From assembly GCA_965153285.1 (NCBI GenBank), contig OZ229115.1: a stretch of DNA of 64,000 bases, one strand, 5' to 3'. A program made the translations under genes and the position numbers. Below the pieces are notes generated by a model that saw only the letters and a list, made by a program, of their open reading frames with translations, made no database searches and was not told where the DNA came from. Numbering within the stretch: the stretch's first letter is position 1; every line of letters starts with the position of its first letter. Shown piece by piece: positions 25,607-38,300 of this stretch. The stretch is from Podarcis tiliguerta. Taxonomy: Eukaryota.

Positions 25607-25833
25607 CAGTGGTACCTCAGGTTACAGACGCTTCAGGTTAACAGACTCTGCTAACCCAGAAATAATACCTCGGGTTAAGAACTTTGCTTCAGGATGAGAA
25701 CCGAAATCACACATCGGCGGTGTGGTGACAGTGGGAGGCCCCGTTAGCTAAAGTGGTGCTTCAGGTTAAGGACAGTTTCAGGTTAAGAACGGACCTCCAA
25801 AACGAATTAAGTTCTTAACCAGAGGTACCACTG
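25607..25833 (-). mobile_element. Tc1/mariner (Tigger/pogo-like) MITE
   Basis: TA|CAGTGGTACCTC...GAGGTACCACTG|TA; reverse orientation of the 59656 copy. Confidence 0.92.
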
Positions 25834-26156
25834 TATACATGAGCTCTTTCTGCCGTTCCAAAAGGGTTCCCAAAGAATAAAGAGGATGGGAAAGCCCTAT
25901 ATTGACTGTGACTTCACCCCAAGTCTGAAAATACTCTTTAAAACCAGTAGTGGCTTGTAGCCATTGCAACTCGTAGGGTAGACAGCAGGAGGCGCCAGAG
26001 CCACCTTTCCTATAGGGCTTAGTGGTGCATCAAGCCAGGGCGTTGGCCTCTCAGGGGCACCCCAGCAAGTGGGGGAGCTGTGCGGCTTTGCCTGCGGCCT
26101 CCCTTTTCTCTGCACCCCTGCCAGCTGTGCCCCACCAACTATAAGGCTGGGGGCCT

Positions 26157-26386
26157 GCAGCTTCCCTCCCAAGCCTCCTCGGGAGGAGAGTGATCCCCAC
26201 AAAGGCTTAGTATGGAAGCTGCACCTCCCGAACCATATGGCTGACAGGTACGCAGCTTCCCTCCCAAGCCTCTGCAGGGATCGCTCTCCTCTCGAGGAGG
26301 CTTGGAAAAGAAGCTGTGCTCTCCTCCCACGGAGGCTTGGGAGGGGCGCAACTTCACTCCCAAGCCTCTGCGAGGATTGCTCTCCC
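26157..26386. repeat. Array of alternating inverted units of about 66 bp
   Basis: Unit 26157-26222 approximates the reverse complement of 26252-26317; further partial units extend to about 26386; a hAT-like end (ctaaagacagccctg) lies at about 26511-26525. Confidence 0.8.
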
Positions 26387-26571
26387 GCAGTGGCATGGGG
26401 GAGAGTTGCCCCCCCCCGATGGCTGGCAGTGTGCAGCTACGGCCACCTCAACACTATCCATGGTAATTTGGGGGCGCTGGGCGGATATTTGCACCCCGGC
26501 GCCGCATCTGCTAAAGACAGCCCTGGGTGGAGCCAGAGCCAATGGCAGGCAGAGCCAATTAATTCTAGTTT

Positions 26572-26695
26572 TCATAGAATTATAAAGTTGGAAGGGACCA
26601 AGAGGATCAACTAGTAATGTAGGAATCTTTTGCCCAACGTGGGACTTGAACCCTTAACCCAACATCCAAGAGTCTCATGCTCTACTGACTGAGCT
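26572..26695 (-). mobile_element. tRNA-Lys-derived SINE with CR1-type tail
   Basis: Reverse complement of the 59587 family: catagaattataaagttggaagggacc...tttgcccaacgtgggacttgaaccc...agagtctcatgctctactgactgagct. Confidence 0.78.
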
Positions 26696-28479
26696 GGTCT
26701 CCATTTTCCCATTTAGTTCATCCTCCCTACTTAGGTCTACAAAGGCAAAACTGAGGCAGAAGGAGACAACAAATGCCACCCCACCCAGGACCAGTTGTAG
26801 GTAAGAAGGCAGGCAGATGGAGGTCTGGTTGAGGGGACCCTGAGGTTGGGAGGGCAGTGCCTCATTCTCCCTAATGGACTAGCCTCCCCTGTTTCAAACA
26901 GAATGTACGGGTTAATGGTTCAGGCATCTTCTGAGACAAACAAACAGGTCTTTATTTCAAAAATATCCTTTTTAATTTAAATGCAAATGGAGGTGTGTGC
27001 TGAGTTATCAGCAGGTCATTCGTGCCAACAAAGCATATAATTGGAGAGGGTGTTGCAACTGGGCTTCTGCTTCCCAGGCATTATTTTTAAATTAATTAAA
27101 ACTTTATAACGGAGGGACCTGGCTTGCTTCGCCCTCCCTTTAGCCTTCTTTTCCAACCTCCACCACACCTTCCTTCAGTACTTCTCAGTTCAAAGCAAAT
27201 TTCTTTAAGGAATTGATGCAGCATTGTCAATCATTCCCTTGCGTTCAGTATACGTTTGGGGCCCTGCACTGTTCTGAGCCAGGCATTACGGACAATGAAT
27301 CTCAGCAGGATTCAGAGTGATTTCTCTCTCTCTAAATACCAGGATGAATTACATTTACGCCTCCGAAAGAGACATTAACCAGAATGTGAAGCCGCTCCTT
27401 AAAACTGATGAACAAGCCAGTTTAGCAGCTTAGACTGCACACAAGTGATAGTCAAGTTAATGAAATGTCTTTTGTTCAGGTCCCCATTGTTAAATATAAG
27501 AAAAATACCTTGCACCAGGGAATGACAAGTTGGAATGGGTTTGTCCTTTAGAGATGTAGTAGGGCTGTTAGCCACCCAAATGACACCTTAACTCTTTCTT
27601 ACTTTGTGCCTTCACTACTGCAGTGTTCATCCTACTTTAGGATGAAAGGCAGGGGAAAACTCAAAGGACTGGAACAGTGGGAGGTGGCTTAGAAAAGAAG
27701 TCAGTTTCCAAATCTTCTCTGATGAGAGGGGAATTACACATTCTCCAGAAACTCTCATTTATGAGTCCATAAATATGAGTTTTGATGACATCTCCACTGC
27801 TGTCCACTGTGATATGTTTCAAGAGTGAGGTTAAACTAGGAAGAATAGAGTGATTCCAGATGGGGTGTAGAATCAGTGCTGCTCATGCACATATATTTTT
27901 CACATGGTCCACATCATCGTCATCATCAAAATGGAAGCCCATACTTTTACATTTAATCCAAATGTCCCCTTACCACAGAAAATCCAATACAGTAAGTATA
28001 AATAACACATAATGTATGCAGTTTATTAGCCCATGGGGGTAGTTTGTCACATGGATGTTGTTTTTTCCAGCAGATGTTCTCTTTTACCACACCTCTACTT
28101 TCATTTCCCCCTCACCTGAGCACAACTAGCCATTTTGTTTTCAGCAATCCAGGATGATACAAGCAGGTCTTATTTGCACCAATTTTCCCATGCTGAAAGC
28201 AAATCAGAAATCCAGCAATCTGGTTTGGAGGTGTTGTTGTCACAAGATGTTCACACAGATTTTGAAAACATTAGTGGAGAAGCCAGAAGATGGGAAATAT
28301 ATGGTTTCCTCCACTATCCCATAAATATAAAGGACTGCAAATTCCAGATAAAAGTTGTAACTCACAGGAAACAGTTGTTCCTTCCCCCTCTTTTGAAATA
28401 AACATTGTGTTATCCATTTTTCCATCATTGAATACTACAATAATAGAATAATAGAGGAAACAATGCTCCCCCCCTCTCA

Positions 28480-28700
28480 TCAGGCTTTCACCCCTACTCA
28501 TTTCAAACTGGCTCTCGTTTCTCCTATTTTGAAAGGGCCTGCTTTGATTCTATCTTGTCTTTCTAGTTATCATCCTATATTTCTCTCTTTTCTTTTGCTT
28601 TTAAGCTTCTTGAATGTCTAATGCTGACAAATTGTCTTTTATTTCTTTTTCTGATTGTTTGCTTGATTCCTATCAGTCTGGTGTGGATTCATTTCATTCT
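28480..28700 (+). mobile_element. Ancient L2 RT fragment
   Basis: Reads FKLALVSPILK...LD...SYHPI...SKLLE...LDSYQSG, the degraded 'NYRPISLLPFLSKLLE...LDPxQSGF' region. Confidence 0.6.
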
Positions 28701-29160
28701 GTCACTAGCTAACCATTCCTTCTAATAGCAAAGTGGGTGGCCCTGTGCCAATCAGTAAGACAGAAATACTGGGCCAGCCACAAACAAGAGGGAACTTTCT
28801 GCCTACCCAGGGGGATCCCCTCCAGAAACTTTTGACCTGTCAGAGGGTCTGGCGCCTCTGCAGCTTAAATGAGTCTTTGGAGGAGGGGGATTAATTAGGA
28901 TTGGAGGGAAATTGCTTACTCTGATCCCTATTAATCCTCAAAGGACAACTGAAATTGTAAAAGAGGCAGACCCCCTATGAGCTTAAAGGATTCTGGAGGA
29001 GGAAAATTCGGGTCAAGGTATATGGCCTCATATCCCTCAACCCATATTTCAAGTAAGAACTGATACAACACACTGGGAGGGAGAGGGAGACCCTGTCGGG
29101 TTTACAATAAGCTTCTCACCCACCTCTGAACTTAAGCAGTTTAGCACCAATGCACAATAT

Positions 29161-29547
29161 TACAGGCATGTGTGTCCCCCCCCCCGCCACTTACACGCAT
29201 TTGACTCATGCATGACCATGTATATGCAAGGTGCCAGGAAATAATTGAATCAGTTTAAACTGCAAATAGGTGTGATAAGGGCAAAAACCACCCCCAAGAG
29301 TGGGAAAACTTCAAAAACGGCACAAAAAGATCAGGAAAATGGCTAGCAATTCCAGGAGCCTTTGCACTGACCTTTGAGGCCTTTGGAGAGTTGGAGTTTG
29401 AGAAAGGAGACTTGGAGAGAGTGACTTTGGTGGAGTTTGGCGGATTAGAGGGACTTTACAGGCTTTTTAGATGTTGTTCCCCACAATATACAATTTCACT
29501 TATACACACAGTACCTAGGAACTTACATAAGTGGGGAGACACGTGTA
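29161..29547. mobile_element. Degraded Tc1/mariner-like element
   Basis: Imperfect inverted ends tacag...gtgtcccc...ccactta / taagtggggagacacgtgta with TA flanks. Confidence 0.45.
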
Positions 29548-30446
29548 AAGGAGCATTTCCACACCTCCATTCCCTCACAAATCTCTGGATCCTAACCCCA
29601 CATACTTGAGGTCTTCTATTAGCTATGTTTTGTGTTTACCTTTCTGTCCTTCATTGCCAGTAATTTCATTTATTCCCATGTATTTCAGTGGTTTAAGTGT
29701 TCGTAAGTATGTCATTCCTAGATTTCAGTCTTAAATCTCTTATTCTGCCAAACATTCTTACTGTCTCTTGGCTGTTACATCCTGGATGTTTCCTCACTGT
29801 TTAAAGCTTATTATTTCTAATAATGAGTTAGTCAAAATCAAAGCAGATCCACTGGAATCAATGGTCCATTGGTTTCAATGTGCTTACTCTTAACCTGACT
29901 AGCATTGGAACGCACCTTATATTTTGGTGCCCCATTCCCATACCCACCACAAGTCTTCTTTGTTTCTGGTTTCTTTTCTTTGTCCCTCAACAAAATTCTT
30001 CTTTCTTCTTTTCCCATGGTTTATAACTTGGGGCTTGTGTTTTACTATTTCTTCATTCATTTCGGTATTGCTGATTTCAGCGCCTTCTTGCTCTTTTAAA
30101 AATAGATCATTTCTTTCCATCAGTGCAGCTAAAATACTGGCTCTCTCCCTTTTCTCTATCTGATCACTGTAATGCTGTTCTTACTGGCTTGCTCATTTCT
30201 CATATTTTTTCCTGTTTTGAATTCTGCTGTCCATCTTGTGTTTCTGCTTTGTTGTTTTTCCTCACAACTATGTACTGATATTTTTCCTCCACTGGCTTCC
30301 CTTCTTGCCCTCATTTCAAACCTTCATTTTGTTTCCAAATCCTTACACCAGAACTTTCCAAACTGTGTGTCGCAACACGTTAATGTGTCAGCTGCACTGT
30401 GTAGGTATGTCACGTGAATGCTCCTCCTGGGGCTGGAAAAGTGATA

Positions 30447-30694
30447 GAGAACCAGTGTGGTGTAGTGGTTAAGAGTGGTAGATTTGTAATCTGGGGAACC
30501 GGGTTCGCATCTCCGCTCCTCCGCATGTAGCTGCTGGGTGACCTTGGGCCAGTCACACTTCTTTGAAGTCTCTCAGCCCCACTCACCTCACAGAGTGTTT
30601 GTTGTGGGGGAGGAAGGGAAAGGAGAATGTTAGCCGCTTTGAGACTCCTTCGGGTAGTGATAAAGCAGGATATCAAATCCAAACTCTTCTTCTT
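30447..30694 (+). mobile_element. Squam3-like SINE, full length
   Basis: gagaaccagtgtggtgtagtggttaagag...gggttcgcatctcc...gggtgaccttgggccagtcac...caaactcttcttctt. Confidence 0.88.
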
Positions 30695-32514
30695 AACCAC
30701 TGGTTTGCTAGTAAAACTGAATTACTGTGTCGTGAAATGATGCATGTCTCAAAAGGGTGTCAGCAACATGAAAAGTTTGAAAAGCTCTGCCTTACATGCT
30801 CTTGCACCAGACAGCCTCTCCACCTCCGCCATTTGTTCTGCACACCTTTTGTTTCCTTGCTTCAGTCACTAAAACTAAACTTCAGTCACATGCTTTTCCC
30901 CCTTAACTTCCTACCACAAGTCTCACATCTCTATCCTTATTTTCTGAGGACCACCTAGAGATTAGAATACAGCATGGTTCTAAGCAAATTAACTTGGAAG
31001 TCACTGTGCTGGAGTTTTGTAAATATATTGCAGCAGTGTGCAGAAAGAAACAGTCTCACAACCCTACTGGTTGAAGGGATAAAGGGTTTATTACTCATGG
31101 CAAACAAAGCCATTCTGAGTACAAGCTTTACATGTGGGCAATTTGGAGGCATGAGCTGACTGAGCTTGGAGAAGGAGGAGAAAGGAAGTAAAGCCTGGAA
31201 AGAAATGCCAACAAATAGTTAACTAAAAGGGATAGAATCAGCAAAGAGGGAGAGCAGGTTGCCTTTCCGTCTATCACCCCCAACCATGGTTCAGGTAACA
31301 TATTGCTAGCATTGTTGCTTTCCTCCCAACAAATAAAGCATCAACTAAATGGCTGAGCAATCAAGACAAAAACAATCTTGTTGCACCTTAAAGGCTAGGC
31401 AGAGCAATCCAAAACCCCTTTGGCCAGAGATGTCCCTTCCACTGGATCCTGAACTGCTCCCACTGCCATCACATGACAGAAACGGATGTGACTGCTGCAC
31501 CAGCTTCAAGCTGGTACAGTGATTTACCTGCCCCCACACCTTTCATGCTGGCCACTGCATGGCAGGGTTGTGAATGCCGTGGTAGTCATAGTGCACCTTA
31601 AAGCCCTGCTGGGCTGGCAAGGGAAAGTTAGGATGTCTTCCTAAGAAATACAGGATGGCATAGTGCAGCTTTCATGGACTACAGTCCAGATTTGCATTTG
31701 ACAAACATATATCAACATTCCCAAACAGGTGATATCAAAAGCAAAATTAAAACTGCCAATTAATTTGAATCCACATTGCCACAGGACCTGCTACTGAACA
31801 GAGCAAAGTTGAAAATGGCTATTCAGGCTCAAAGCAAGCAGGACAATTTCTACAATTGTCGTTAAGTTTCCTTATACCGTATAGAGGAAAAATTAATCAT
31901 CCCAATGCTACTGTATCTGCATCCTCAGGCTCTGCTGGAGACCCAGAATCTCTCATTTTACAGATCAAATACTAAGGGCAAGGGGAGGGAGTTGCTTGCA
32001 GCCTCCTTGGGGAAGGCTGCTTCATACTTAGCATATTTACAGAACAGTTGGCAGAGAGCTGACTCATCAGCTAGCCTTTGCTTACAGTTCTTGAGCCTTT
32101 TGCCAGAGATTGCATTAGTGCTGCAATATGAACTGAGCTCCAAAGGACATTATGGTAATTTCACTTCACCTGTGCTACTGTCAGGGGCTATTGCTGATGG
32201 GGCAATGCATCTGAACAATTAACCTGATGGTAGAGAGAGCACGCTGCCTTGATTCTGCTCTGGAGCATGCTTCTTCAGCCAAATCATCACTGTGTTCCCA
32301 GTGCTTCTGTGACCTCAGAGCTGGAAGGAGTATATTTGGGTCTCATTCATAAAGCAGACAGCTGTAATATACACATTGATGGATGGGGCCTTGAAATGCT
32401 CTTGAAGTATAAAAGGACAGCTTGAAATATCCACCTTTTCTTTTCCTGAAAGTGAGCCAGCACTCATACATTTTAGAAGGGGAGACGTCCTATTTAAGGG
32501 GGATTTAAGGGACA

Positions 32515-32685
32515 GGAAGCTGTTTTATACTGAGTAACACAATTGGTCAATCTAACTCTGTCTTGTCTACACTAACTGGCTGTGGGTCTCTGGGCTTTCA
32601 GACAGGGGGCATTCCCACCTGAAAATGCTTGGAACTGAACCTGGGCCCTTTTGTATGCAAAGAATGGACTCAACTACTGAGCCAT
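32515..32685 (-). mobile_element. tRNA-Ala-derived SINE, degraded
   Basis: ggaagctgttttatactgagt...ttgtctacactaactggc...tgaacctgggcccttttgtatgcaaag...actgagcc. Confidence 0.65.
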
Positions 32686-33461
32686 GTTTGGTCTTCCTCC
32701 ACAAACTGATATAAGGTTGAAGTTATTTGGAAAGGGAAGCGTTAAAGTGATAGAGCTGATTCATAGAGGAGAGACATACCGCTGAGAAAGAAATGGCTAG
32801 AGCAATCTATACAAGCCATAACTAATGAAACAACCCACTAACAGTTGTGTGATGGGTCATTTACACTTGGAGAAATTGTGCAGCTGTTCTATGGGGCCTT
32901 TTTTAAAAAATGGATTTTGTGAGCTGGGAGGAAACAAAGAAACATTAGGAGTAATATGTTTTCATCACAACATCCTGCAGATGCTCTGAAAATGTGAGTG
33001 ACAAGAACTATTCCACATAAATGCCCAGTGTGGAAGCAGCATGAATAGATTACAAACAAAAACTTTAAGAAAATGTGTGACAAGCAAGAATTAGCTGTGT
33101 GGGGTTATAGTGACAGTATGGACAGAAGCCTTTAACAGCTTCTGGAAAAAGCAGCCAGTGCAGCCATTCCTATAATTACAGGCACAGGGAACAATATAAA
33201 AGCTGCCCTACTTCACAAGGAAAGACTGTCTAGGTGACAAAAGAACTCATTCTCAGTGTTTTATGTTTATATTACAGAGTGCCTTGTGCAACCAAATACT
33301 GAAGTCCATTGTTATTTTCCTTGGGCCATAAATTAATTAAGAAATGTATATTCTTAAGTAAGCACTGCAAATTCCTTCCTGTAACCTAAGTCCCAACATT
33401 ATTATCTCTTGGGACTGACTCCAGCCCTTCTCTCACTGATATAGATGGTAGGGTCAAGGGC

Positions 33462-34372
33462 GAAGAGCTACGAAAAGCCTGGCCTCTCGTTCAACATCCA
33501 AAAAACCAAAGTGCTGCACCAATAAGCACAAAAAACACCTCTGTAGTACCACAAATCCAACTCAATGGTATTAAATTGGAAAGTGTTGATCACTTCTCCT
33601 TGCTGAGCAGTTCTCTTTCCACAAGGGCCGACGCTGATGCCAAAATCCAGCATTGCCTGAGCTTGGCGAGTGCAGCTTTCTCCCGATTGAAGGGCAGAGT
33701 GTACGAGGACCGGGACATTCACATGGAAATCAAAATGCTTGTTTACAAAGCTTTCGTATTACCAACCTTACTGTATGCTTGTGAAACTTGGACCACTTAT
33801 AAACGCCATCTCCAGCTCCTCAAAAGATTCCATCAACGGTGTCTCCATAAAAGTCTACATATCACTTGGGAAGACAAGCGAACTAATGCCAGTGTATTGG
33901 AAGAAGCAAGATCACGAGTTTTGAAGCAATGATTCTTCAACATAAACTTTGTTTGACTGGTCATGTTGTTCGGATGCCTGATTATCGTCTTCCAAACTAC
34001 AGTGGTACCTCGGGTTAAGAACTTAATTTGCTCTGGAGGTCCATTCTTAACCTGAAACTGTTCTTAACCTGAGGTACCACTTTAGCTAATGGGGCCTCCC
34101 GCTGCCCCTGTGCCATCGCCGCACGATTTCTGTTCTCATTCTGAAGCAAAGTTCTTAACCCGAGGTACTATTTCTGGGTTAGCGGAGTCTGTAACCTGAA
34201 GCGCCTATACTCTAAACTTTAAAAGAGAAAGTGTAATGCTGGTGATCAACAAAAGAGGTTTAAAGACTCTCTCAAGGCAAATCTTAGAAAATGTAGTATA
34301 AACACTGGCAACTGGGAAACATTGGCCTGCGAGTGCTCCGATTGGAGAACAGCCTTTACCAAAGGTGTGTTC
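33462..34372 (+). mobile_element. RTE-clade LINE fragment (not Bov-B), RT C-terminal region, degraded and interrupted by a MITE
   Basis: ORF 33576: ...ASAAFSRLKGRVYEDRDI...KMLVYKAFVLPTLLYACETWTTYKRHLQLLKRFHQRCL...ITWEDKRTNASVLEEA, continuing as GHVVRMPDYRLPK; typical RTE C-terminus. Confidence 0.88.
34000..34206 (+). mobile_element. Same Tigger-like MITE, right TIR missing, nested in the RTE fragment
   Basis: TA|cagtggtacctcgggttaagaac...; colinear with the 59656 copy up to gtctgtaacctgaagcg. Confidence 0.88.
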
Positions 34373-34948
34373 ATGGAAGACAATCTTACTCAGCTATGGG
34401 CGATTGCCAAAGAAAAAGAATATAGAACAGGTTGTGCTTCTTTTGGCAGCAGCTAGAAGTTGAAAAATGCTAGATGTCTGCGAGTGGGCCCTCTAAAGAG
34501 GGATGGATGAGTGCTTTGGATTGCCAATGGTTATCACCCTCATGACTTGCTTGTGGGCTTCCCAAAAGTGTCTAATTAGCCACTGTGAGCAACAGGATGC
34601 TGAACTATATAGGCCTTTTGGTCTGATCACCCAGGCAAGCTTTTATGTTCTTATACAATTTATTTCTCACATTACATTCAAGTCACAGCAGCATGCCCTG
34701 GCACATGACTTCAGAATCACCGCCTTAAACCAAGGGTTGCTCTAAATCTCAAAACTGTCTCTAAGGAAGTAAAAGAGCATCAGAGCAACATGCAAAGCTT
34801 TTGATAAAATAAGCAGACATTTAAGAGACCTGCTGAGCAAATGCCTTCTCACTGTCTATAGTCCTCACTGTGAGATAGGCAGATAGATAGATAACACCCA
34901 CTCCCCCACACACATTTTGGGTTTTTAAGTGACAACTAATATTCCTGA

Positions 34949-35332
34949 TCGCCGAAGAATTGATGCTTTTGAATTATGGTGCTGGAGGAGACTCTTGAAA
35001 GTCCCATGGACTGCAAGAAGATCAAACGCATCCATTCTGAAGGTAATCAGCCCTGAGTGCTCACTGGAAGGACAGATCCTGAAGCTGAGGCTCCAATACT
35101 TTGACCACCTCATGAGAAGAGAAGACTCCCTGGAAAAGACCTTGATGTTGGGAAAGATGGAGGGCACAAGGAGAAGGGGACGACAGAGGACGAGATGGTT
35201 GGACAGTGTTCTAGAAGCTGCGAACATGAGTTTGGCCAAACTGCGGGAGGCAGTGGAAGATAGGAGTGCCTGGCGTGCTCTGGTTCATGGGGTCACGAAG
35301 AGTCAGACACAACTAAATGACTAAACAACAAC
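34949..35332 (+). mobile_element. Bov-B 5'-truncated 3' fragment
   Basis: RRRIDAFELWCWRRLLKVPWTARRSN...LEKTLMLGKMEGTRRRGRQRTRWLD...WRALVHGVTKS; (CAA)n tail; TSD aatattcctga at 34938-34948 and 35333-35343. Confidence 0.95.
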
Positions 35333-38300
35333 AATATTCCTGAGTCTTGCCTGCAATAATATATGTTATTATATTACTGCAGACCAGACTTAGGAATATC
35401 AGTTGTCACTTCAAAACCAAAAGTAAACTCTCTAGTGCTCCTGGGTTTTGGAGAAAACCTTGACAGCGTGAAAAATGGAATATAACCTCAAGGCTCAAGA
35501 GACCTACCTGGCTCAAGAGAGATAATAAATGAAACCCAGCAAAATGGCCACACATTATTAGGTCTTTAAAACTACTCATGGCTTGAAGGGGGGAATACTT
35601 GTAGTTGGAGCTATCCCAGTCCTTAGGGTGTTCAGTGCTGAAAACAGTTTCATCAGCATTTTTATTTCCCCCTGGCAGGGGTGCTGGACCTTTTAACAGA
35701 AACCATCCTGAAATTATGTCACACTTTTTAAAGGAGTTAAGTGCCCACCCCAGCACACACTGTACCAATTTAGACAGTACTAAGCTCTCCTCTATAATAA
35801 CCTCATTTATCGATGATCTGACAAAGTGTGCTGACATTATTCAGCCAGTGAAACTTCCCCAGCAGCCCTTCAGTTGCTGAATTTCACATGCAATTGTTAG
35901 AAACACCCCGCCCCCAAAATAAGAAGAGAAAGGCTGAGGTAGAAGCAGCAAGATGGACGCTCTAAGGTTCTGTACAACCTGGGAGGGTTTGGGTCACAAC
36001 AGACAAGACGTACAGATGCCAGGTAGATGGGCTGCTGAGAAACACATGACAAAATGTCGACTGGGATCTTTTGTTGGAACTCTGGGCAGTAGTAGATCAG
36101 CAAGGATTTCTGACTCCCAGTAGTTTAGCAACAGCAAATGAAAAATGTTCTGTGCCGTGGCTGGCCTTGTGCTATTTGCTCCTTTTGCTTCACTAAGGAA
36201 ATTTATGAGGGCGATCCTGCAATCTTACACAGTCTCACTGAACTCAGTGTGGTTTACCTCTGTGTAGACATGCATAGGATGGTGCAATTGAATTGGTAGC
36301 TTGAGCAAGTCTTTGTATAGTTCTGCTGGCCAGTTTTCAGAGTTTTTGGTTATACTACACATGATGTGCAGTAATTTAGATGAAGATTGAGGTGTCCAAC
36401 TTATATATTGTCAATTATAAGATAATGAATTATCAAAAAAAGGAAGGAAAGAGGATCCAATTTTGCATTAGAATGTGCATGTGACATTCTATACGTATAA
36501 ATTATTATCTGTCATTTAAACAGAAATCTATTTAAATAGATTAAATAGGCATCTCACCATAGTAGGAAAGACTGTGACCAGGTAAACTGCTTATTCCTCA
36601 GTCTGCTGCCCAGTTAACTAGCTCTTGTTAACGTCAAGGTTTTTAGGAGGGATGAAAATTCAGAGCAAGGTTTAAATACAAGCTTGTGCATATATTAAAT
36701 ATTAAATTGCCAAGATACCATGCATTTCAAAAGAATTTGATGGAAATACTTTTTAATACTTCAGAATAACCAGAGATAAAGGAGAAAGCTTTGATAGCAG
36801 TGCAGTGCTGAGCCATATTTTAAAATATATGTGATATTGTTGATGTTTTGGAGTCTTTTGAAAAACGAAGTGAGGAGCTACTCCTGCCACTGCTCTCTAA
36901 ATGTATTTGTGCTAAAATATGTAAACCCACTCTGAATGGCTCCTGGGGCTCCCAATTTAATTGCCTGATGGCAATTAAAGTCAGTTGCCTTGTAGCTGAC
37001 CTTTTGGCACTAGAACATTGGACTCAATACACTTGAAGTGGATGCAGTGCAAATGAGGATATACAGGGCTGAATTAGGATATGGATAGGCATACAGACTG
37101 CTTACCCCATATGCTTTTGCGTGTGCTTACCCATAGGTGGCTGTCATAAGGTTCTCTGTTTAAAGGGGAGCAGGTTAGCAAAAAAAAATAGTTCTATTAA
37201 AGAACTATGTACAACATGTTTTTCTCTCCTTTAGCTACTTTCTCACTAGCTTCTAGCCCTGTCTCCTGCTTGGACCTAACCTCCTAAACTAAATATGGGA
37301 GATGCCTTTTAAAGGTATAGGCACATTTTACCTAAATCTAGTGGGGAGGGCAGAAAACACGGCTGTTGAACCTTACCGGGTTTCTCCAAGCACAGATATT
37401 GTGCCCACAGTATGAGTGCATTACGCCCATTGCAATATGTTGGCAAATACACACAAATTGAGTCCCATGTTGAGTCATCTTGGGATACATTGGCAGCTGG
37501 CTGCCTTTTTTTAAAAAAAAGCCCTGGCTCTGTTCATTTTCAGGAGCCTGTTATTTTTGCTTGTTTAATTAAAAGGTAGCTTTGCCTACATGAAAGTAAT
37601 TGCTACAAAAAAAAAAAAAGTTTTCATGCCAGGTGCTCTTTTACCCATCTCAAATTATTAAGCCTGATGCCAGGATGTCATGCACAGCTAGGGGTGGTGG
37701 AATAAATTGCTGTAGCGACTACTTCAGCCCAACAGCTGTGGTGATCCTCTCCAGGCAAAGGAGGAGGCAGGAAGAAAAACTTCTGCAGTGCTGACTGCTC
37801 TTGGCTCTCACCCATGTTGGCTATGCCTACAAAATTCTAGCATTCCTCCTACATGCTCCGCCTCTACATGAATGTTGGCTGTGTGGCAGCAGAAGGAGCC
37901 TATGGCACAGAGGAGACAAATGCTCAGGCACACTAATGAATAAGGCTATCTGAAAGCCTCGTTTGGCTATAGAGGGATCCACCCCACCAGCACAATAGCT
38001 TCCATATGGGAAAAGCAAGCAGAGCCCGTGGCTCTGACCCTGCTGTGCGTATCATCAGAGGGATTGCATTCCCCCCCCCCTTTCCCTCTCCCCAATGCAG
38101 GACAAAGTGGCTGTCAGCCAGTGAGATAAAGCGCAGTGTGAAATGTTATTGGCAGAGAGGAGGAACAGCCTTCCAGCAGCTGTGATTCGGGATCCCTGTG
38201 GTAGCGAGAGCATGGTGGGGAATGGAGATGAGCACGAGCCCAGAGTTGCCTGCACTGCCCTTTAACAGCACCCATCAATATACATTTACGGTTTAATCAA

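Noticed and set aside
24444-26614. Long overlapping GC-rich ORFs (139-181 aa) as novel genes
   Set aside because: They coincide with GC-rich MITE and palindrome sequence that is depleted of stops; there are no domains or splice structure.
29690-30400. K/E-rich minus-strand ORFs as an exon or pseudogene
   Set aside because: Strand-biased low-complexity sequence, possibly a very old LINE remnant; no recognisable motif or consistent frame.
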